This document shows positions 59,279 to 64,000 of a DNA stretch of 64,000 bases, one piece after another. Each line of letters opens with the position of its first letter. Position 1 is the first letter of the stretch. The notes under the pieces are model-generated. The model saw only the letters and a list, made by a program, of their open reading frames with translations. It was not told the DNA's origin and searched no databases. A program made the translations under genes and the position numbers. This DNA comes from Planctomycetota bacterium (GTDB lineage Bacteria > Planctomycetota > PUPC01 > DSUN01): contig DAOOIT010000021.1 of the NCBI GenBank assembly GCA_035384565.1, positions 2,560-66,559 of the forward strand, read 5' to 3'.

Positions 59279-61012
59279 TCAACTGGCCGGGTTCCCGCCT
59301 ACCGTAGCAATCGGGGCAGCGGCCAGCCTGCGGATGACTTGCCACATGGCATCGGCATCCTTCGCCGCGAGGAGGGCTTCGCGGTTCGCCGCCACGCCCA
59401 TGGCCGCAGCCAGGGTGCGCAGGACTCGGAGCTGCTGGACCGGCTCGCTGGTCGGCGTGACGACGAGGAACAGGATGCGCACGGGCAGGCCGTCGGGGGC
59501 GTTCCACTCGAGGCCGGCCGGCGCCAGGCCAACGGCCACCACAGGCTGCGGGGCAGTGGCGAGGCGCGCGTGGGGCACGGCGATGCCGTTGCCGAGCGCG
59601 GTGCCCATGGTGTTCTCGCGCGCCAGCGCGGCGGCGGCGATGGCCTCGGCGTCGCCCTCGGGCAGATGGCGCGCCGCCACGGCGCACAGCTCGCGGATCG
59701 CCTCGTCGCGCGAAGCCGCCCGGAGCGCCGGCACCAGGGCGCTGCGGGCGAAGAAGGACGCCACCCCCTCGGCGCGCAGGCCGCGCAGCGCCCACTTCAT
59801 CCAGGGGCCGAGGGCCAGGGTGGACGCCAGGGCGCCGAACACGATGGCCACGAAGACCGCCTCGGAGATCACGTGGAACTCAAGAGCCAGGATGCCGACG
59901 ACGATCTGCATCTCGCCGCCCGGCGTATGGGCCACGGCGATCACGTGGCGCTCGCCGGCCGGCCGGCCCGACAGCCGCGCCCCCACCCACGCCCCCAGGA
60001 AGCGGCCCGCCACCCCGATGGCCAGGATGAACACCACCAGAAAGAGGTCAAACTGGGCCAGAAAGTCCACCTTCAGCCCGATCGAGGCGAAGAACAGGGG
60101 GACCAGGATGGCGCGCACCATCTGCGCGATGACGTGGCGGGTCTTCTCCGACAGGGCCTTGGCCTCGCCGGCCATGATGCCGGCGATGAAGAAGCCGAAG
60201 AGTGCGTGGATGCCGATCTGGAGGGTGATGGCGCCGCCCAGCATGCCGAGCAGGCAGATGAAGGTGAGCGACGTGCCCGGCTCGGGCAGGCCCCAGCGAT
60301 GGAAGGCGGCGAGCGCGCGGTCCGTGGCCAGCCGCCCCAGCGTCAGGCACGCCACGGCGAAGGCCACCGTGGCGGCCAGAATGAACGGCACGGTCGCGAG
60401 GTTCATCCCGCCCTCGGTCGCGTAGCCCAGGATCACGGCGAACACGATCCAGCCCACCACGTCGTTGATCGTGAGCGCGCACAGGATCAGCAGCCCGGTG
60501 TCGCTGCGGTACAGGTTCAGGTCCTGCATCACCCGCGCCGTCACCGGCAGCGCGCTGATGGTCATGATCGTGGCCACGAAGAGCGCGAAGAGAAGGCGAT
60601 CGCCGCCATCGCCGACATAGGCCGCCGGCAGCAGCAGGCAGGGCACGAAGGCCACCAGCATGGGCAGCACGAGGTCCGACAGCGAGATGAGGGCCCCCTC
60701 GCGCCGCTGCCGCCAGGCCGCCGTGAAATCGGTTTCCAGCCCCATCTGGAGCAGGAAGAACAGGATGCCCATCCAGGCGAGCGTCTCAAGCATGCCCGAC
60801 TGGGCGGGGTTATCGGGGAAGATGGCCTGGCGGAGCGCCGGGGCGACCCGCCCGAGGATCGTGGGGCCGAGGGCCACCCCCACCAGCACCTCGCCCGTGA
60901 TCGCCGGCTGCCCCACACGCGACAAGAGGATCCCCGCCGCCCGCGACAGGCCCAGCAGAAGGATCACCTGCACGAGGAACAGGAAGAGATTGGTTTCGTC
61001 GAGATAATGCAC
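59279..61012 (-). CDS. CPA2-family cation:proton antiporter fused to a C-terminal PTS EIIA(Ntr/Fru)-type regulatory domain
   Basis: GTG at 61012. About 12 TM helices with a Na+/H+ exchanger-like core. The C-terminal ~150 aa carry the PTS_EIIA_2 His motif LGNGIAVPHARL. Confidence 0.7.
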   Translation of the reverse strand: MHYLDETNLFLFLVQVILLLGLSRAAGILLSRVGQPAITGEVLVGVALGPTILGRVAPALRQAIFPDNPAQSGMLETLAWMGILFFLLQMGLETDFTAAWRQRREGALISLSDLVLPMLVAFVPCLLLPAAYVGDGGDRLLFALFVATIMTISALPVTARVMQDLNLYRSDTGLLILCALTINDVVGWIVFAVILGYATEGGMNLATVPFILAATVAFAVACLTLGRLATDRALAAFHRWGLPEPGTSLTFICLLGMLGGAITLQIGIHALFGFFIAGIMAGEAKALSEKTRHVIAQMVRAILVPLFFASIGLKVDFLAQFDLFLVVFILAIGVAGRFLGAWVGARLSGRPAGERHVIAVAHTPGGEMQIVVGILALEFHVISEAVFVAIVFGALASTLALGPWMKWALRGLRAEGVASFFARSALVPALRAASRDEAIRELCAVAARHLPEGDAEAIAAAALARENTMGTALGNGIAVPHARLATAPQPVVAVGLAPAGLEWNAPDGLPVRILFLVVTPTSEPVQQLRVLRTLAAAMGVAANREALLAAKDADAMWQVIRRLAAAPIATVGGNPAS

Positions 61013-61170
61013 CCCGGCTCATCCCTCTGCGGCGGCAGGCTCCTCCGTCGTCACGCTCACAACTCCCGCTTCGCCAGCATAGCGCCTGGTTCGACCCCTG
61101 GCAAGCCCATCGCGAGGGCCGAGCGTGCCCGCGGAGCCTGTCCCGCGCCGCGTGGAACGGATGGGCCGAG

Positions 61171-61401
61171 TCAATCGAGCCCGAGTTCCTGCACCAGCTC
61201 GCTCACCTCTCCCTCGTCGGGGAAGCGGCCGGTCTTGTGCTTTGAGTACACGAGCTTGCCATCCACCGTCACGTCGAAGATGCCGCCGCTGCTTTCGATG
61301 AGCTTCACCTGGGCGTCGAACGCTTGCTTCAGCTCGACTGCCACACGGGCAGCCGTCGGGCGATAGTTTCAGGCCGTGCAGTACTTGATCTCCACGTTCA
61401 C
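61171..61401 (-). CDS. selW: SelW/Rdx-family selenoprotein (76 aa) with in-frame TGA selenocysteine codon
   Basis: GTG at 61401 with GGAAAGGAG 7 nt upstream. N-terminus VNVEIKYCTA-U-NY, where U is the TGA at 61369-61371, giving the CxxU redox motif. Reading through yields a typical SelW-like tail (...KLVYSKHKTGRFPDEGEVSELVQEL). A GC hairpin lies 13 nt downstream of the TGA. Confidence 0.6.
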
Positions 61402-61404
61402 AGG

Positions 61405-62349
61405 TCATCTCCTTTCCACGAGGGCGGAGCGGACGAAGGCCGGGGCGAGGGGCGTGAGGCCGAGAGGGGTCTGCTTGATCTGGTTGGCCTTGCCCTCGAC
61501 GGCCGTGGCGGCGAGGAACCCCGCGCAGCATCGCGGGCAGTGCTGGGCCGAGAGGGCGATGCGGCGGGCGAGCTTGGCATATTCCTTCTGCCGCGGCCTG
61601 GGCGCGTGCTCGGCGAGCAGGGCGCGGAAGCCCTCGGCGTCGCCCGCGGCTGCCTTCTCGGCGAGCGCGCCGAGCAACGCGGCGCCTGCACTCCAGGCCT
61701 CCTCCTGCTCCTTCGCGTAGGCCGCCTGGCCCTCGGCGTCGTTCTTCCTCACCCTGCGCGGCGCCACGCCCGCGGGGATGAGGCCGAGCGACTTCGTGCG
61801 GAAGTAGACCTGGCAGGTGTTGCAGTAGGCCTTCTTCCACAGGATGATCGGCACGACGAGGCTGCCGAGCACGAAGCCGGCGACCTCCAGCGCCCGCAGG
61901 CCATAGCCCCAGGCGCCCAGCGGCTGACCGGGCATCCCGCCCGCGCCCTTCCACGCGAAGGCGCGCGTCGCGGCGTCGAAGTACTCCCAGAAGCCCAGCG
62001 GTGTGCCGTCCCGGTAAACGGGCTTGAGCACCGTGTACTCGATATACTGCGCGGCGAAGTAGGCGGCGATCTGCACGAGCACGATCGTCCACAGCAGCAT
62101 CTTGGTGATCTTCACGCCGGCGAACCACGAGGCCAGGCCGTAACCGCTGGCGGCCGCCAGGCCCACGAGAATGGCCCCCACGGGGATCACGTAATTGGCG
62201 TACCAGCCCATCACGTTCGCGTCGGCATGGCGGTTGAGCAGGTAAACGCCGAGGAGGGCCAGCGTGGTGGTGATCAGCCCCGCGCCCAGGACGAGGCGAA
62301 CCTGCCCGCCCGTGGCGACGGGGGCGGGGGTGGGTTCGCTGCTGCTCAT
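61405..62349 (-). CDS. Membrane protein (~5 TM) with Cys-rich cytoplasmic C-terminal domain
   Basis: ATG at 62349 with AGGAGA upstream. Contains CNTCQ...CPRCC. Its last codons contain the RBS of the selW-like gene, 4 nt upstream of it. Confidence 0.45.
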   Translation of the reverse strand: MSSSEPTPAPVATGGQVRLVLGAGLITTTLALLGVYLLNRHADANVMGWYANYVIPVGAILVGLAAASGYGLASWFAGVKITKMLLWTIVLVQIAAYFAAQYIEYTVLKPVYRDGTPLGFWEYFDAATRAFAWKGAGGMPGQPLGAWGYGLRALEVAGFVLGSLVVPIILWKKAYCNTCQVYFRTKSLGLIPAGVAPRRVRKNDAEGQAAYAKEQEEAWSAGAALLGALAEKAAAGDAEGFRALLAEHAPRPRQKEYAKLARRIALSAQHCPRCCAGFLAATAVEGKANQIKQTPLGLTPLAPAFVRSALVERR

Positions 62350-62658
62350 GGCTTCTCTCCTGAGTGTCACGTCTCGTGTTCGGCGCGTTCCAAGATAGCG
62401 TGTGGGACGTTTCTCGGCAAGCTCACAAGGTGCGCCGCTGGCCGTCAACGCGGGCGATGGGGTCGGCGTGCTGCTCAGGGGCTGGGCGCCAGGGCGTCGC
62501 CACGTATCGCCTCGATCCCCCCGGGCCCCCGGCCTCGTGGGCGCGGTCGGCGGCCATTTCGTTATGCACCTGGCGCGGAGCTTTCCCTTCCGCGGGCCAG
62601 TATTCGCGCCCTGCCCCGGTCGGTTCCATTCGCGCAGATTCGCGCGATTCGCGGTCCA

Positions 62659-63957
62659 TCACTCTCTCCTCGTGATCCCCTTGCCGCACAGGGGCACGAT
62701 GTCGCGGGCCTCGGGGGCGCGGTACTCGAAGATGGTGAAGCCCCTCGTGCCCAGCTTCCGCGTGACGCCGATGAAGTCGATCAGCTTCACGATGTTGTCG
62801 CCCGGGGGCCAGACGCCCAGGCCGATGCCGGGATAGCAGGGCACCTTGCCCGCCCACTCGGTCTGCTGCTTCACGAGGTTCTCGAACGACGCGATGTGCG
62901 GCGTGTAGTCCATCGGGCACACGAAGTCGAGCCAGCCCTGCTCGCACCAGAGCTTCCAGTCCTGGCCCACGTTGTCGCGGTCCACGGCCCAGTTGGGGAA
63001 GACGGCGGCGGAGATCTTCACCTTGGGCTTGGCCTTGCGGACCTGTTCGGCGGTGGCGGAGACGACTTTGGTGATCTGCTCGCGGCGGAAGTCGAGCCAT
63101 TTCTGGCGAATCGCATCATCCTTTCGCGTGTCGGCGGGCCAGTTGGCGACCTTCGCCCCGATGGCCTTCTCAAAGCGATCGCGGCAGCCGGGGCAGAAGC
63201 AGCCCTCGGGGCCGGGGTAGCGGATGTAGTCGAAGTGAACGCCGTCCACGTCGTACTTGGTGGCGACCTCCACCATCGCATCAATCTCGAGCCTCTGGTT
63301 GTCGGGGTGGGAGGGGCAGAGCCAGGTCGGCTCGGGCTTGCCGCCGAACATCACCTGGGTGCGCCCCTCGGCCTTCATTCGCGCGAGGAAGTCCTTCGGG
63401 GCGTTCCAGCCCATGTTGTAGTTGACCTTCCAGACGTGGCACTCGACGTGGTGTTTGCGGCAGGCGGCGACGCAGCGGGCGATCTGGTCGCCCTTCTCCT
63501 TCACCTCGGGCGCGACGGGCAGCACGGAGCTTTCGTAGTAGGCCAGGCCGCCCCAGAGCATGTTGGGCAGGATGGCGGTGAAGCCGTTCTCGGCCAGGAC
63601 CTTGATGGATTCGTCCCACTCCATCCCCGCCGGCCCGAAGGCGCTGTGGCACCAGAAGGCCCGGTGCTCGCCCCTGAGGGGCTTCTGCGCGGCGCAGTAG
63701 GCGGCGATGGCGGCCTGATGGGCTTCGGCGGCGGTGGCGATGGCCCCCGGGAACTCTCTCTCCGCGACCAGCCGAACCGCCTTGTCCCTGAGCGCCCTCG
63801 CCGCACCATCGAGGTACTCGAATCGCCCGAACTGGCCGATTCGCTGGATGGCCGCGTTCGCCACCTGCTCCCAGAGCTTCGGCTCGAAGTGGCCGAGCAT
63901 GGCGAGAACGAGGCGGTCCTTGTTCGCCAGGTCGTCGGAGAGAAGGACGTGGGTCAT
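62659..63957 (-). CDS. Glycoside hydrolase-like family 10 (GHL10 / YngK-like) protein
   Basis: ATG at 63957. TIM-barrel-like glycosidase features (HVWKVNYNMGW, DGVHFDYIRYPG). Family assignment is tentative. Confidence 0.5.
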   Translation of the reverse strand: MTHVLLSDDLANKDRLVLAMLGHFEPKLWEQVANAAIQRIGQFGRFEYLDGAARALRDKAVRLVAEREFPGAIATAAEAHQAAIAAYCAAQKPLRGEHRAFWCHSAFGPAGMEWDESIKVLAENGFTAILPNMLWGGLAYYESSVLPVAPEVKEKGDQIARCVAACRKHHVECHVWKVNYNMGWNAPKDFLARMKAEGRTQVMFGGKPEPTWLCPSHPDNQRLEIDAMVEVATKYDVDGVHFDYIRYPGPEGCFCPGCRDRFEKAIGAKVANWPADTRKDDAIRQKWLDFRREQITKVVSATAEQVRKAKPKVKISAAVFPNWAVDRDNVGQDWKLWCEQGWLDFVCPMDYTPHIASFENLVKQQTEWAGKVPCYPGIGLGVWPPGDNIVKLIDFIGVTRKLGTRGFTIFEYRAPEARDIVPLCGKGITRRE

Positions 63958-64000
63958 GTGGATCGCGTGTTCGGAGACGATAATGGCCGGCTCCCCGGTC

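Overview
This is a very GC-rich (~70%) bacterial chromosomal segment with strong GGAGG-type ribosome-binding sites. The lineage is uncertain; a PVC/Planctomycetota-like or similar high-GC environmental genome is a guess. About 45 protein-coding genes are supported, and no rRNA, tRNA or CRISPR array was recognised. The six-frame track is dominated by long antisense/out-of-frame ORFs typical of high-GC DNA, which were not called.

Gene content, in order:
- A partial ydbH-ynbE-ydbL-type operon (AsmA-like protein, ~59-aa lipoprotein, DUF1318-like periplasmic protein).
- A URO-D-family protein.
- A glycan-modification operon on the minus strand: DegT-family aminotransferase, small membrane protein, lipoprotein, GT2.
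- A Zn-dependent alcohol dehydrogenase and a secreted nucleoside-hydrolase-like protein.
- A sulfotransferase.
- A large polytopic membrane protein interrupted by an in-frame TAG.
- A DUF4139-like protein and a secreted hypothetical protein.
- A GH38 alpha-mannosidase whose 3' end carries an inserted vapBC toxin-antitoxin module.
- A redox/oxidative-stress island: rubredoxin translationally coupled to PDH E1alpha/E1beta/E2, DsbD, G6PD, a small sulfite/nitrite-reductase-like haemoprotein, a YHS lipoprotein, ferritin and Tpx.
- Phosphomannomutase.
- A long minus-strand glycan-utilisation locus: Gfo/Idh/MocA oxidoreductase, two ~1300-aa secreted paralogues, a GH78 rhamnosidase and a YdjC/ChbG deacetylase. 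It is followed by a divergently oriented GGDEF cyclase and two more giant paralogues (about 1270 and 1447 aa).
- A CPA2 antiporter fused to a PTS-EIIA-type domain.
- A membrane protein coupled to a SelW-like selenoprotein with an in-frame TGA.
- A GHL10-type hydrolase.

The most unusual signal is a set of at least five short palindromic or tandem repeat families. Four have copies both in intergenic DNA and inserted in-frame inside protein-coding genes, in either orientation (the giant secreted proteins, GH38, the E2 linker); the fifth, a 55-bp palindromic element, was found only inside coding sequences. This resembles the Rickettsia palindromic-element phenomenon and has not, to my knowledge, been described for this kind of genome. 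Heptamer (TCACGYA)n arrays also sit immediately upstream of three genes, one of them next to a rare AT-rich sigma70-like promoter.
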